This document shows, in pieces, positions 12,200-24,592 of a stretch of DNA of 64,000 bases (within the stretch, counting starts at the first letter, position 1; each line of letters starts with the position of its first letter). The DNA is taken from assembly GCF_018350175.1 (NCBI RefSeq), contig NC_058368.1, positions 12,896,001 through 12,960,000 on the forward strand, written 5' to 3'. Position numbers and translations under genes: made by a program. The DNA comes from Felis catus. Its lineage: Eukaryota. The notes under the pieces are model-generated. The model was not told the origin of the DNA. It worked only from the letters and a program-made list of their open reading frames with translations, and made no database searches.

Positions 12200-13760
12200 C
12201 TTAATATTTTAAAATATCTGTTTTCCCCAAGTTACAGTATAAATTTCAGTGAAATTAGAATTAAAATCCAACTTGTTTTTTTAATTTCATGAAATGATCT
12301 GAAAGTACATATAAAAGAATACCTTTCTGAGACCATACAAAAAAGATTTGTGAAGTGGGACTTGTGTTAATGAGATATTAAATCATATTGTAAGGCTGTT
12401 TTAACCAAAACAGTATATTGGCATGGGAATAGAGAATTTGATCAGTGGAACTTATTAGAGAGCCCAAAATTACGATGGAAAATCTATTTCAAATCAGTAT
12501 TAAAAACCTGAGTTAGCAAGATGTGCTAGCATAACTAGTTATCTACTCTGAAGAAAATAAAGTTGAATCCCTATGATTCATAATTTACAGAGATGAGTTC
12601 CAGATGAATTAAAAACTTAAATGTTAAAATGAAGCACTAAATTTCTTAGACTATATGAGCAGCCTGTAGGTCGAGAATACCTTTTAATAGAAAACATGGA
12701 AGGGGCAGGGGCACCTGGATGGCTCAGTTGGTTAAGTGACTTTGGTTTCGGTGATGATCCTACGGTTTGTGAGTTCGAGCCGTAACGGGCTCCATGCTGA
12801 CAGCTCGGAACCTGGAACCTGCTTCGGATTCTGTGTCTCCTTCTCTGTCTGACCCTCCCCTGCTTGCACTCTGTCTCTTTCTCTCAAAAATAGACGTTAA
12901 AAAAAGTTTTTAAATAAGGAAGTGATAGAAAAAAAGAAATATATACTTGGATGTATATAAATTTATGTTCCTATTATAGAATATAATGTACATAGAATCA
13001 GTAGAAAAACAAATGATTGTCAAAAAATAGTTGAAAGGAATGTGTTAGATAAAAGATTTTACAAATTGACAATGAAAGACAACTTGGTAAGAAACTGAAT
13101 AAAAGAGTCATAAGAGAGAAATGTAAATGACCAATAAATGTGTGTAAAGATGTTTGTCATTTTTGATAGTTAAAGAGAAGCAGTGAGTCTGTTATCAAAT
13201 TGGCAGAACTTAAAGGCATGATATATCCAGAATGGAATGTTGGGCAAGAGTATTTGTTGCTAGTGGAAAACTGAATTGTTAGATTTTTTGGGGGGAGATA
13301 GGCTGATTATACATATATACATACATACATACACACACATAAAAATTTAGAAAATGTGTCCCCTTCAATCCAGCAAATCCTTTATTGGGAATCTATTGCA
13401 TAGAAATGAAGTCAGTACATGATAGATGTATGGAGAAGGATGATAATTGTGGGATAGTTTGGGATGTCAAAAAGCAAGAAGCAAAATGCCCATCAGTATG
13501 ATTGGCTTTGGGACATCCATGTTATAGGTCATATGCAACTAACCTACACCAGTATCTGAGGGGAATTGTGTAGATGCATTGTTAACTAGGAAAAGTAAAA
13601 CACAGAGAAATGGGTATGATTGACTCTTTTTTTTATAACTTTTTTACAAGAAACACACTCTATAGAAATATATTAAATATATCTATATAAATAGATACAT
13701 ATCTATGTGTTTATTTTTGTGTGTTATGGAAAAGTCTATGCAAGGACATATGCAGACTGT
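12200..13760 (+). mobile_element. Highly decayed L1ME-like fragment, interrupted by a SINE
   Basis: aaccaaaacagtatattggcatgggaatagag...gatcagtggaac...agagagccca; cccttcaatccagcaaatcctttattgggaatcta. Confidence 0.55.
12708..12915 (+). mobile_element. CanSINE
   Basis: ggggcacctggatggctcagttggttaag head, CT tract, A tail. Confidence 0.9.
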
Positions 13761-14041
13761 TTACAGGGGTGATCACTCATAATGAGATGGTTTGTAGATT
13801 TCTGGAGATAGAGGGAAAAGTAGAAACCAGGGTGTGTGATATGACCCAATTTATATAGAAATACGTTCATCTGCACATAGAGAAAAAAATGGGGTTAATG
13901 AAGTTAAAATATTCTTGGTGGTTATCTGAAGTTTTTTTTTTATTAAGAATAAATTGTTTTGAAAACAAACAGTGAAACAGAGAAAAGAGGAGAAATAGCC
14001 AGTAATTACACATTCAGAACATTTATTTTCTTTGTCCACAG

Positions 14042-14109
14042 ACTCCATCTAAAAAGAAAATTGAAATTAGCACTATTGCGAGCAATTATCACCTTGAAGT
14101 TAATCCCAG
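14042..14109 (+). CDS. RFC3: RFC3 exon 3 (TPSKKKIEISTIASNYHLEVNP)
   Basis: tttgtccacAG acceptor, donor GTAGGT, phase 0 to 2. Confidence 0.96.
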
Positions 14110-15507
14110 GTAGGTTTCTACTATATAGAAACAAGTCTTTTCTTCTTCTTTTTTTTTTTTTTTTTTTTTTAAGAATTAAACCCATTCTTGAAATAGAATC
14201 GTGTGGAAACACCATATGTACAATAGGTAAAAGTAAAGATGCCCATTGTGAAATAGGGAGACTAGAACCTTCCCATTTCCCCTTTTCTCTGACTTCTGAG
14301 TCAAATAAGTTTAATAATTAAGTTTTCTTGCTCTATAGAACTCAGTGTTTTATACAAAGTACATTTCATAGTCATTAAATTTTTGTTCTGTTGGCTCAAG
14401 CAGAACTGATAGTAAAATAAAGTATGGCTAAAAAGTTTGTAATGTCTGGAGTGAATATTTCAGGATATATTTTGGATTACCAAATCTTTTTTTTTTTTGC
14501 CTCTCCTTTGTTTCAGTTTCTTGATTAAAGTGTGTTATAATAGTCCACCAACCAATGTCTATATTACTTATCATGACTTAATCAAAGATTAGGCTCCTGT
14601 TGGGAGACACATTGAAAACTCATGCCATGGCAGTGTAGTACTGCTTAATAGTGTAGAAGTGATTGTCTTGGGAGCAAAGTTGAGTAAAGCTTCAGTTTTG
14701 TCTGGGGCCTGGTATGTTCTTGAAGGAGAAGAAAATCAAGGACGTCTTCAGGCAAAGGCAACCTTTTTGGGCAGTGGCAGAGAGATGAGGATGAACATCT
14801 ATATCAAGATTGAATGGAGCAGGAGGAATATAGTTATAAGCTAATATGTATTCAGTAACAGGCACTGTTACTCTACATGGATAATTATATGTAGTTTTCA
14901 AAACAGCTTAGGCATTATTACTTTCCTTATATGTGTCCAAGAAAATTAAGAGAAATATGACTAGTGAGAAAGGGTCTGATTAGAAAAGTAGGGAAAAATG
15001 GTAATTTCATAGACAGAGGGAACTGTTTTTGATTCTTGACTAGGAAATGATCATAAGAGACACTTGAGGCATATTGATACAATATTAGTGAATTAAGAAG
15101 GATTTGATGGCTGTTTGGGAAAATAAACTGAAGCTGATTTTTTTGCCCTGTTTCTCATCTCGAGTTCTTCTGTGGCAAGAGTAGTCCATTAGAGATTGAG
15201 CTGATTGTTTTTCACGTGTTTGAAATTGACAGCCTAAATTAACTAGGTGACTTTATGTTGGTTTGTGAGGTGCAGGACTTAGGTGCTAAAGCAATAATGT
15301 AGGTGTAAATGACAGATAATGCTTATCATAAGTCAGTAGTTTACAGAGTTCTGACTATCTTAAATTCCATTTGCTTGTCTCATCATCTTGCCAAGACCCT
15401 GAATCAGCTCCATGCTAGTGCTGGGAGCAGACTTGTCTAAGCTTGTTCTCTCTCAGACCTTTACTATTTGGGTGGAGGAGAGGCATGGAGGTTAAATTTT
15501 TGTTTCA

Positions 15508-15728
15508 GGGGCGCCTGGGTGGCTCAGTCGGTTAGGCGGCCGACTTCGGCTCAGGTCATGATCTTGCGGTCCGTGAGTTCTAGCCCCGCGTCAGGCTCTG
15601 TGCTCACAGCTCAGAGCCTGGAGTCTGCTTCATATTCTGTGTCTCCCTCTCTCTGACCCTCCCCTGTTCATGCTCTGTCTCTCCCTGTCTCAAAAATAAA
15701 TAAACGTTTAAAAAAATTAAAAAAAAAA
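15508..15728 (+). mobile_element. CanSINE
   Basis: Full body; flanking repeat tttttgtttca. Confidence 0.93.
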
Positions 15729-15863
15729 TTTTTTTTTGTTTCAGAGTTATTTTTACATTTTGAGTGACTACAGATGATTGAGAAATTAGCTGTAACTAGA
15801 TACTAACTATAGTCGGTACAGAAATATTAAAGTATTTGATAAACTTAGGTATTAGTTATTGCT

Positions 15864-15917
15864 TTTTGTTTTTTAATGTTTATTTTTGAGAGGGAGACAG
15901 AACACGAGTGGCGGAGG

Positions 15918-15963
<46 letters not shown>

Positions 15964-16081
15964 CAATCTGCAGCAGGCTCTAGGTTCTGAGCTGTCTGCA
16001 CGGGGCTTGAACTTGTGAACCGTGAGATCATGACCTGAGCTGAAGTTGGACACACAACCCACTGAGCCACCTAGGTGCCCC
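15864..16081 (-). mobile_element. CanSINE with expanded (GA)n tract
   Basis: Reverse body; TSD agtt(a/g)ttgct. Confidence 0.9.
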
Positions 16082-16365
16082 AGTTGTTGCTCTTTTTTTT
16101 AAGTAACAATAAACTTAATATAAGAACATGTTTACCGCTTTCAGTGTTATCTATCATATTGTAATTGAATATTGGAATATTGTTATTTTAATGACCCTGA
16201 ACTATTTCACTTTGAAAGTTTTGTGAATGTAATTAGGTGTGAATAATTTTGATTAATATTTTAACCACTTAAAATCTTCAATGTTTTTCTTATAATAACA
16301 GATTAAAGGGATAATACTTTCTAAATACCTAAGTCTATATTTACCATTATTTTTGTATTATATAG

Positions 16366-16463
16366 TGATGCTGGAAATAGTGACCGGGTAGTAATTCAAG
16401 AGATGTTGAAAACAGTGGCACAATCACAGCAACTTGAAACAAACTCTCAAAGAGATTTTAAAG
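16366..16463 (+). CDS. RFC3: RFC3 exon 4 (SDAGNSDRVVIQEMLKTVAQSQQLETNSQRDFK)
   Basis: tatatAG acceptor, donor GTATGT, completes the LEVNPSD motif. Confidence 0.96.
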
Positions 16464-16795
16464 GTATGTGATAAACATATTTCTTTTAAGGTGAACACTG
16501 ACCTGGTACATAGTGAGTATAAGGGAAAATGTAGTGGGGAAACATAAATTCCATCTATGTAGCGAATATTTATTAACTTGTTGTATACTGAGCATTAATG
16601 CTCTCTTAGTTTTGGGCATAAAAGTGAGTAAGACAGGCATGATCTCTCTGCTCGTGGGAGGTTGTAGCCTAATAGAATTGAATTTTGGTGGAAAGAGGAC
16701 AATTTATGCCACTCATTTGTTATTTTAGAACTAGATGAGTAATGAAAACACTTTATTTAAAATAAGAAATAACATGATTGAAGCAGAACTATTCT

Positions 16796-17003
16796 GGGGC
16801 ACCTGGGTGGCTCAATTGGTTAAGCATCTGACTTCGGCTCAGGTCATGATCTCGCGGTTCATGAGTTTGAGCCCCGCGTCGGGCTCTGTGCTGACAGTTC
16901 AGAGCCTGGAGCCTGCTTCAGATTCTGTGTCTCCTTCTCTCTTTGCCCCTCCCCTGCTCACACTCTGTCTTTCTCTTTCTCAAAAATAAACATTTAAAAA
17001 AAA
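16796..17003 (+). mobile_element. CanSINE
   Basis: Full head, body and tail. Confidence 0.92.
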
Positions 17004-17049
17004 GGCATAACTGTTCCTTGGACCAAAATTACATGTTTATTATCATATA

Positions 17050-18430
17050 TTAAACAAAATCAGGTATAATTTTGCCATCCAGAGACAATTACTGTTAACA
17101 TTTTTGTCATTACCTTCCGGTATTACCTGTATGCACATGTATGTGTACATTCTCATAGAAGATTTTGTGGTAATAAATATGCCAGAATTTAATGCCTTTG
17201 ATACAATTTTGCTAAATTCTTCATTCAAAAGGTCGATTTATACTACCATCTGAAGTGTTTGGGAGTGCCATTATTCCTTGACATTTATCACCATTGTGGT
17301 CAATTATTTTTAATCTTTATCAGTTTGAATGGAGAAAATAAATTGTGTTTGTTTTTTCTTTAAGTTAGTATGATAATTTTTTTCTTTTGTTTGTTGCTCA
17401 TTTTACTGTTTTGTGAATTGCCTATGCATATTTCAGCTGGTTTTTATCTTCCTTAGTTCACTGTATTTCAGAATAAATTTACATTTATCTATTTTTTGCT
17501 ACTGTAAATGGAGTCTTACGTTTCTAACTTTTGTTATATGTGATAGCTATGATGTTTATATCTTAATTTTATGTTTAACTATATTCATTGTTGTATTGTT
17601 TGTAATAGCCTTTCCATGGTTTCTTTTGAGTTTTCAGATACATACTTATATCATCTCTGAATAGAGACAATTTTTTCCCTTTCCAATTTGTATGGCTTTC
17701 AACATTCTTTCTTATCTAATTATGTTTACCAGTACCTCCAGTACAGTGTTTAATAGTACTAAAGATGGTGGACATCCTTGTCATGACTGGAAGGAGAGCC
17801 CTAGGGTTTCCCCATTTAGTTGCTGGATTTTGGCCTGAGGTGTATCTATTTTTTTTTTAAGCTTATTTATTTATTTTTGAGAGGGAGAGAAAGGGAGAGA
17901 GCACACTCATGCATGTGCACACGTATACTCGAGTGGACGAGGGGCAGAGAGAGAAGAGGAAGGATCCCAAGCCGGCTCCGCACTGTAAGCACAGAGCCCA
18001 ACGTAGGGCTCTAACTCACGAACCATGAGATCATGACTTGAGCCGAAATCAAGAATTGGACACTTACCCGGACTGAGCCACTCAGGCGTCCCTGTATCTA
18101 TTTGATCATAGTAAGAAATAAGAAAGTAAGCATCAGTTTGTATTTTATTGAGTGTTCCTAATGTGAATGTGTATTAAATTTTTTCAAATGCTGTTTCTGC
18201 ATCCGTGAATGTGGTATTAAGATTTTTCTTTTTAGCTCTGTTGGTCAAGTAGATTATATTATTGGCTCTTCTAGTGAAATTGCTCTCTATTTCTAGAGTA
18301 AACCTCACTTGGTCATGATGTGTTAATTTTTAAAATATGCTGCTGTTTTCTGCCTACCAAGGACTTATTTTTGTATCATTTGGTCTGTAGTACTTTATGT
18401 TAGGTGCTATTTGTTAGATTTTGGGATCAG
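17050..18430 (-). mobile_element. Old L1M ORF2 fragments (antisense)
   Basis: cagtacctccagtacagtgtttaatagt...ggtggacatccttgtc; aaacctcacttggtcatgatgtg. Confidence 0.6.
17852..18092 (-). mobile_element. CanSINE
   Basis: TSD tgtatctattt at 17841 / 18093. Confidence 0.9.
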
Positions 18431-19279
18431 TCTCCTTGTTTCTATTTTTCCTGTCCTATTCCATTTGGATTCTATCTCTAGAATTTCTCCTCACTGTGAA
18501 GGATTGTCTTGGAAGGGAGCTTCATTTTGTTTTCAGTGTTCTGTTCTTGTCAAACCTTGTTGCATCCAGGTTCCTTTGCTTTAACCCATAAATTGAACCC
18601 TGTGGGTGCTGTTCTCAAATTGTCCCATTATACTTCACAGTGTGTTCTTATAGGTACCTGGATTTGGGTTCTGGACCAAAGGCTGTCAGAAACATGGTAC
18701 ATTCTTGCCACCCTCCGACACATAGTTGCTTGTTCTCATTTGCTCATATTGGGGAGTTCTTAGGTAAAACCTATCACTTTGTTTTGGTATAAATGTTGTC
18801 CATGAGTCTTTGGTCTTGGAATCTTTCTACTTTTGTGAGAGGGATTCAAATCTACACTGCTACCACTGCCATCTTCTAGAAATAACTTAATATGATGAAA
18901 AATACAATAAATAGTTGCATTCAGGTCTAGCTGCATAGTATTCCTGAAACACTTTAAAGTCAATCCTTTATTATGGCTCGGTGGAATCTCACAGTACATG
19001 TGACCAGCTGTCTTTATTCTTTTTGGCTCTGTTTCTTGCATCAGTATTTTCCAAAGTATATTCTTAGGCATGATAAGATTTAAAGTGTTCCCCAGAAATG
19101 TGCTTCTGAGATAAAATATTTTGGGGAAGTACAGCCTAGTACCTCTCTGTCTTGGTGAGCTTTGGTTCATATAAATATAATAAAGACTGCGGTGAATTCT
19201 ACAAAAAAGTAACATCTTTAACTTCATTTTAGCCTAGTGTTTCTTAAGTGTGATTGGAATTTTCTTTTAACATCTTTTC

Positions 19280-19545
19280 TTTAAATGTTTATTTTTTTAT
19301 TTTGGGAGAGAGTGAACACAAGCAAGGGAGGAGCAGAGGGAGAGGGAGAGAGGATTCCAAGTAGATTCCATGCTGTTAGCGCCTGATTCTTGATTTCAGC
19401 TCAGGTCATGATCTCACAGTTTGTGGGATTGAGCCCTGCATCAGTGCAGAGCCTTCTTGGGAGTCTTTCCCTCTCTCTATGCCCTTCTTCTGCGTTTATG
19501 AAGTCTGCCTCTCTCTCAAAATAAACTTAAAAATAAATAAAATAA
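19280..19545. mobile_element. Fused inverted CanSINE pair (minus-strand 3' half joined to a headless plus-strand copy)
   Basis: T-tail and GA tract 19280-19380, then gatttcagctcaggtcatgatctcacag ... CT tract and A tail. Confidence 0.85.
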
Positions 19546-19699
19546 ATTATTCTCACCATACCTGAGACTTTTATATGTCCTTGCCAAAGGGAAGAGTAGT
19601 ATATCAGACTTCTTATTTAGAATTTCACTCCAAATAATGAGAAGGAAGAGAAGGAGATAGATTCTCAAGTTAAAATTTGTTTTCTTTTTCCTTGACTAG

Positions 19700-19881
19700 T
19701 GGTATTACTGACAGAGGTTGACAAACTCACCAAAGACGCTCAACATGCTTTGCGTAGAACCATGGAAAAGTATATGTCCACTTGCAGATTGATCTTGTGT
19801 TGCAATTCTACATCTAAAGTGATACCACCTATTCGTAGTAGGTGCCTGGCAGTTCGTGTGCCTGCTCCCAGCATTGAAGAT
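19700..19881 (+). CDS. RFC3: RFC3 exon 5 ([25 protein letters not shown]...[17 protein letters not shown])
   Basis: Acceptor ttccttgactAG, donor GTAAGT; degenerate Walker B, ALRRTME and SRC motifs. Confidence 0.97.
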
Positions 19882-20473
19882 GTAAGTCAAGTGAAACTTT
19901 TCAGAAGTCATTCATTTCAGATTCTCTGAGTACTGTGTGTATATCTTTGTCATGTTTGTTTTGTAAAAACATAGTGAAATGTATTAGTGATTCAGGAACA
20001 GCTATGGCCTGGATATTAACCTGTAGTAGATATATAAATGAATATGTATGGTATTAAATACCAGATATCACCAATACATAGAAAATATGATTATAAACTC
20101 TTATTAAGGATAATATTGCATATATGCCACCAATATTTAAGAAGTTCTTCCTTTTAAGTCATTTTTTACCTTAAGTAGGTATGAATTTCACTAAACTAGT
20201 TAAGGGCTAGTTATTTAGTTATTCTAGTTATTTAGTTATTCTACCTCAAGCTGATTTAATTGGCTTTGGAGGAGACTTGAGATAGATTTCTTTTCTTAAC
20301 ACTTATAAAGTAAAAATGCAAATTTCTCACAATAAGCAGCTTTCCTGCTATTAATAGATTTGGGGTGATTTTATGCAAAGTAGGGATAATATGTCACCTT
20401 GTGTTAGTTGCAAAGTGGTGAAGTAACTTTATTAGAAGTTTCACTTACAAAAATTTTGAGAGTAATATAGTTA

Positions 20474-20590
20474 AAAGGGACCACCAGGTTACACCACTCC
20501 TGTGGGCACTATTCGCTTCTTAGGGCATGCAAGTAATACCCCCCGAGTCATGCAGAATTCAGCCTATGAGACTCTACTTGGCAGCCCTCT
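20474..20590. mobile_element. MER91-like hAT MITE relic
   Basis: cactcctgtgggcactattc...ccccccgagtcatgcag...tacttggcagccct resembles recalled MER91. Confidence 0.4.
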
Positions 20591-20899
20591 GATCGGTGTC
20601 CTTGTCAAAGACCTGAGGCCTTGTGTGTTTTTTCACAGCACCCCCCCCCCACACACACCCAGCCCCCCAAGATGGCTGGCAGGACTTGGAGCTCAAACCA
20701 GCTCTTTCTGTAGTTGGCAGGACCAGTTGCTGCCTCTTCCTGACAACTTGACTGACCCCTGGCTTTCTGCTAAAGGAGCCTGTGGGTTAGGGTTGGGAGT
20801 GACAAAAATAAATAACAAGGGTCTATAAAGGTGTTATCAACAGAAATTGCTTCAGTGTGCTGATAGATTGCCCGTTTTTGTTAATTGTCTTTTTTGTAG

Positions 20900-21036
20900 A
20901 TTTGTCACGTTTTATCTACTGTGTGTAAGAAGGAAGGTCTGAATCTTCCTTCACAACTGGCTCATAGACTTGCAGAGAAGTCCTGCAGGAATCTTCGAAA
21001 AGCCCTACTTATGTGTGAAGCCTGCAGAGTGCAACA
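20900..21036 (+). CDS. RFC3: RFC3 exon 6 (ICHVLSTVCKKEGLNLPSQLAHRLAEKSCRNLRKALLMCEACRVQ)
   Basis: Acceptor tttttgtAG, donor GTGAGT; sensor-2 region RNLRKA. Confidence 0.96.
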
Positions 21037-21121
21037 GTGAGTGAAAGGGGCAGTTACCACAGGAAACATTTTGGGGCACAAGCTTCCATATAATTTATTG
21101 TGTTCTCTTTTTATCATGTAG

Positions 21122-21220
21122 ATATCCTTTTACTGCAGATCAAGAAATCCCTGAAACAGATTGGGAGGTGTATCTGAGGGAGACTGCTAATGCTATTGTC
21201 AGTCAGCAGACTCCACAAAG
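21122..21220 (+). CDS. RFC3: RFC3 exon 7 (QYPFTADQEIPETDWEVYLRETANAIVSQQTPQ)
   Basis: Follows an 85-nt intron; donor GTAAGT; phases match neighbours. Confidence 0.96.
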
Positions 21221-21299
21221 GTAAGTAGTCTCAAAAATGACCATAAAAGTTTGATCATAGAAATAGAACAGATAGTCTGAGTTTTGGATTAGCTATTTC

Positions 21300-21527
21300 T
21301 TTTTTTTTTTTAATTTTTTTTTTCAACGTTTATTTATTTTTTGGGACAGAGAGAGACCGAGCATGAACGGGGGAGGGGCAGAGAGAGAGGGAGACACAGA
21401 ATCGGAAACAGGCTCCAGGCTCTGAGCCATCAGCCCAGAGCCTGACGCGGGGCTCGAACTCACGGACCGCGAGATCATGACCTGGCTGAAGTCGGACGCT
21501 TAACCGACTGAGCCACCCAGGCGCCCC
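21300..21527 (-). mobile_element. Young SINEC_Fc-type CanSINE
   Basis: CpG-rich, near-consensus; perfect TSD tggattagctatttc at 21285-21299 / 21529-21543. Confidence 0.96.
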
Positions 21528-23728
21528 ATGGATTAGCTATTTCATACTACCACCAGTGCCATTTAGAATTATAGTTAAATCTTGAATATGAATACTAAAC
21601 TTTCAAAGAAAAGATAGGATTTTAATTTTAGAAGTTTACTGGTTCAGAATAGGTGGTATGTAGTAACGTGGCTTTTATTAAGCTATTGACATTTGCATAT
21701 GGAACTTACATATAAATTAAAACAAATCTTGGAAGTTTTAGTTTTCTTTTCAGAATCTCAGATGACTTAATTTATAACTCAATGTGCTTAATTTTCTAAT
21801 ATTGAAAAGAATAATATTATAATTGTAATTGATGCATCATATCTTGGAAAGATACCAGGCTATGAATCATACCTCTACTGATTTTTATGCCCTTGAGCAG
21901 GTAACTTCATTTTAACAAGTTTTAACTTTTTCATTTATATAATGAAGATACTGTTGTTATTACTCTGCCGGGAATACTTGTGCCTTTGCTATGAAGAGCA
22001 AAAAAGATTGTGTGATAATGGTTTGAAAACATACATGAACTCTGTGCTCAAGTATGATGATAAGCTCTGTTAACAAAATTGTGTATATGCCACCAGTGTT
22101 TAGGAAGTGTTTTATAACCTATTTGTTGAACAGTTGTTTTCGTTTACTTCTGTGGGTCTATTATTCAGTAGTGGCTTATACTGAAAATATGTCAGCCATT
22201 AATTGTTTGATTTATGACAACTTTGAGAAGGGCCATCTACTTTTCTCCAAATCAGGAGTGGCAGTTTTAAGGCCCAGAGGTTTTTAAGGCTCTTTGATAT
22301 GTAGTCTCCTATTCTTAATGCCTGTCAGACCTGAGAAACCATCTCTGGACTTAAGAGAGGGTAGTTGATTGCTTTAAGAAACACACTGGACTGTGTTCAT
22401 CTGCTAAAGTTTAAGCTTCGTTGGTTCATGTGAAAATAATCGTGAGAAAGATATACCTTGTTTCTCCTCTTGGGTCTTATATCTGATGAATTCTAATTTT
22501 TGTAAAGATTCTTCAAAAGGATTATAACATGTACTCTTTGGCCACCATGTAGATTCGTGGATAGTCATACATAATGGGTTCTTAGTATTTCATCAGGGTT
22601 TGCTTTGAATTCCTATAATTCATTTATTTTAATGGAAGAATTTAATAGTTTTTAAGAAGTGCCAAACATTGTAAGTAGTCTCTTCAGAAAAGAAAACTTT
22701 ACTTTAGGAAAAAGTGTGCATTCCATTTTGTAAAATGTTGCTAAGCAGTGAAGTAATCTCAGCCTTAAAAGAGATAAAATTCAAAACATGTTTTAGGAGA
22801 CTTTTACTTTTGTAAAATATTTCTGCATTGAAGATGACTTTCTTGTTTTCTGATTTTAAAGACGAAAACTTGGTAGTAGCAGTTGTAGAACTTTCCTAAT
22901 TTTAGGAGAGCTAGGTACAGATGTTGTAGTATTTGATAATTACTAGTTTGTTCTTAAGACTAGTTGATCATTGCTTTGCTTAATTCTTCTAGCAGCTGCT
23001 ATCTCTTTCAATTTTCCAAACAAGTTTGGGCAGCTCACAAATACACTTTTTAAAAAAGAGGTGTTGTTATTTCCTGATTAGACTAACAGTTGTAGGAATT
23101 GATTTCGTCGTGCTACAAAAAAGAAATTTGAATTTCAAAGCTTTCAGGTTGACCAGAAATACTAGGAGGGCTGGTATCATTCTGATTATTGGCCCACACA
23201 GTACCAAATAATTGTTTCTCATTTTTGACCCATTAGACTTGCTGTGGTATTTACAGTCTTGATTCTTATTTGATTTTAGAAGAGTCATAGTTTTCTAATT
23301 TGATAGCTAATTTTAGTGAGCAATTATTAATGTTCTTACACTGTGACATCTCATTTAATTCATAGAGCAGTCCTACGTGGAAAATTATTAATATTATCTT
23401 TATTTTCTAGGTAAGAAAACTGTTTTGGGAGATTATTGCTTACTTGAAGACATTCAGTTAAGAATCAGAGACAGTTCAATAATACCATGTTTCTCTGACA
23501 GAAGAATTTGTACTCTTTATCACTTGCAATCCCCAAGAAATAATGACACAAAAAAATTGTAGAATATATTCATTTTTAAGAAACTAAGTTATATTAGAAA
23601 TGAACTTAGACTAAGACAAGATGCATGTAACATGCACACAATGCACACAGCATAGAACAGTTGTAGAGGAAAACATCCTGAATTAACTTTTTAGAAATAA
23701 ATGATATGCATAATTATTAGAATAATTT

Positions 23729-23802
23729 TGGGGTGCCTGGCTGACTCTGTTGATAGAGCATGCAACTGTTGATGTCAGTTTGGGTATATAGATTCCCTAA
23801 AA
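23729..23802 (+). mobile_element. Old, internally deleted CanSINE fragment
   Basis: ggggtgcctggctgactctgttgatagagcatgcaact. Confidence 0.6.
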
Positions 23803-23861
23803 TGGTTTAATACCATCTGTCATTTGTATCTGTTTCTTAACTCTTTAATAATCAGGGTTAC

Positions 23862-24061
23862 TTTTTTTTTTTTTTCATGTTTACTTATTTATTTTTGAGA
23901 GAGAGAGAAGGCAGAGAGAGAGAGAATCCCAAGCAGGCTCCACACTGTCAGTGCAGAGCCTGATGTGGGGCTTGAACCCATGAACCGTGAGATCATGACC
24001 TGAACCTAAACTAGAAACCAAGAAGTTGGATGCTTAACCGACTGAGCCACCCAGGCACCCC
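23862..24061 (-). mobile_element. CanSINE
   Basis: Reverse body ending gagccacccaggcacccc. Confidence 0.9.
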
Positions 24062-24109
24062 TGCTTTTTTTTTTTTTTTTTTTTTAAAGATAATACTATC
24101 ATGTCCAAG

Positions 24110-24490
24110 AAGGATCAAGGCCTTTGGAATCAGACTTGAATTAAGATTCTGCCTCAGTGACATGAGTTTAAATGAAAGCCTAACCTCTCTTTTCAGTAAA
24201 AGAATGGTGTTGTGAGCTATAAATAGCATACTGTAGTCAGTCTCATACAGAGGAAAGACTTAAATACTTTGGCAAACATTGGAAGGGTATGGATTTGAGA
24301 GTAAGGCAGATCTGTTCTTAATTCATGGTTCTTCTGTAGTCAACTTTGTGAGCTTACTTAAACTATCAGCCTTTTTTTTTTTTTTTCTCATCTAAAAAAA
24401 GGGAGATAATGCCCCCACTCAGAGCTAGTGTGAGGACTTAAGTAAAATAATTTGTTATAGTGTCTTGCACATAGCAGATGTTCAAAAGAT
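24110..24490 (+). mobile_element. Two adjacent MIR fragments
   Basis: ggcctttggaatcagacttga...; tctcatctaaaaaaagggagataatgccc...tgtgaggacttaagt. Confidence 0.5.
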
Positions 24491-24592
24491 GCTGGGTTTT
24501 TTTCCCACTTTATTTTATTGTGATACAACTTCATACTCTTGGGCTCTCTGGAGAAGAGTCTGAACTTCTACTTTTAAGAAATCTTTGATGAG

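Noticed and set aside
18760..19227. 155-aa minus-strand ORF in intron 4
   Set aside because: No domain similarity or splice structure; composition typical of AT-rich intronic DNA
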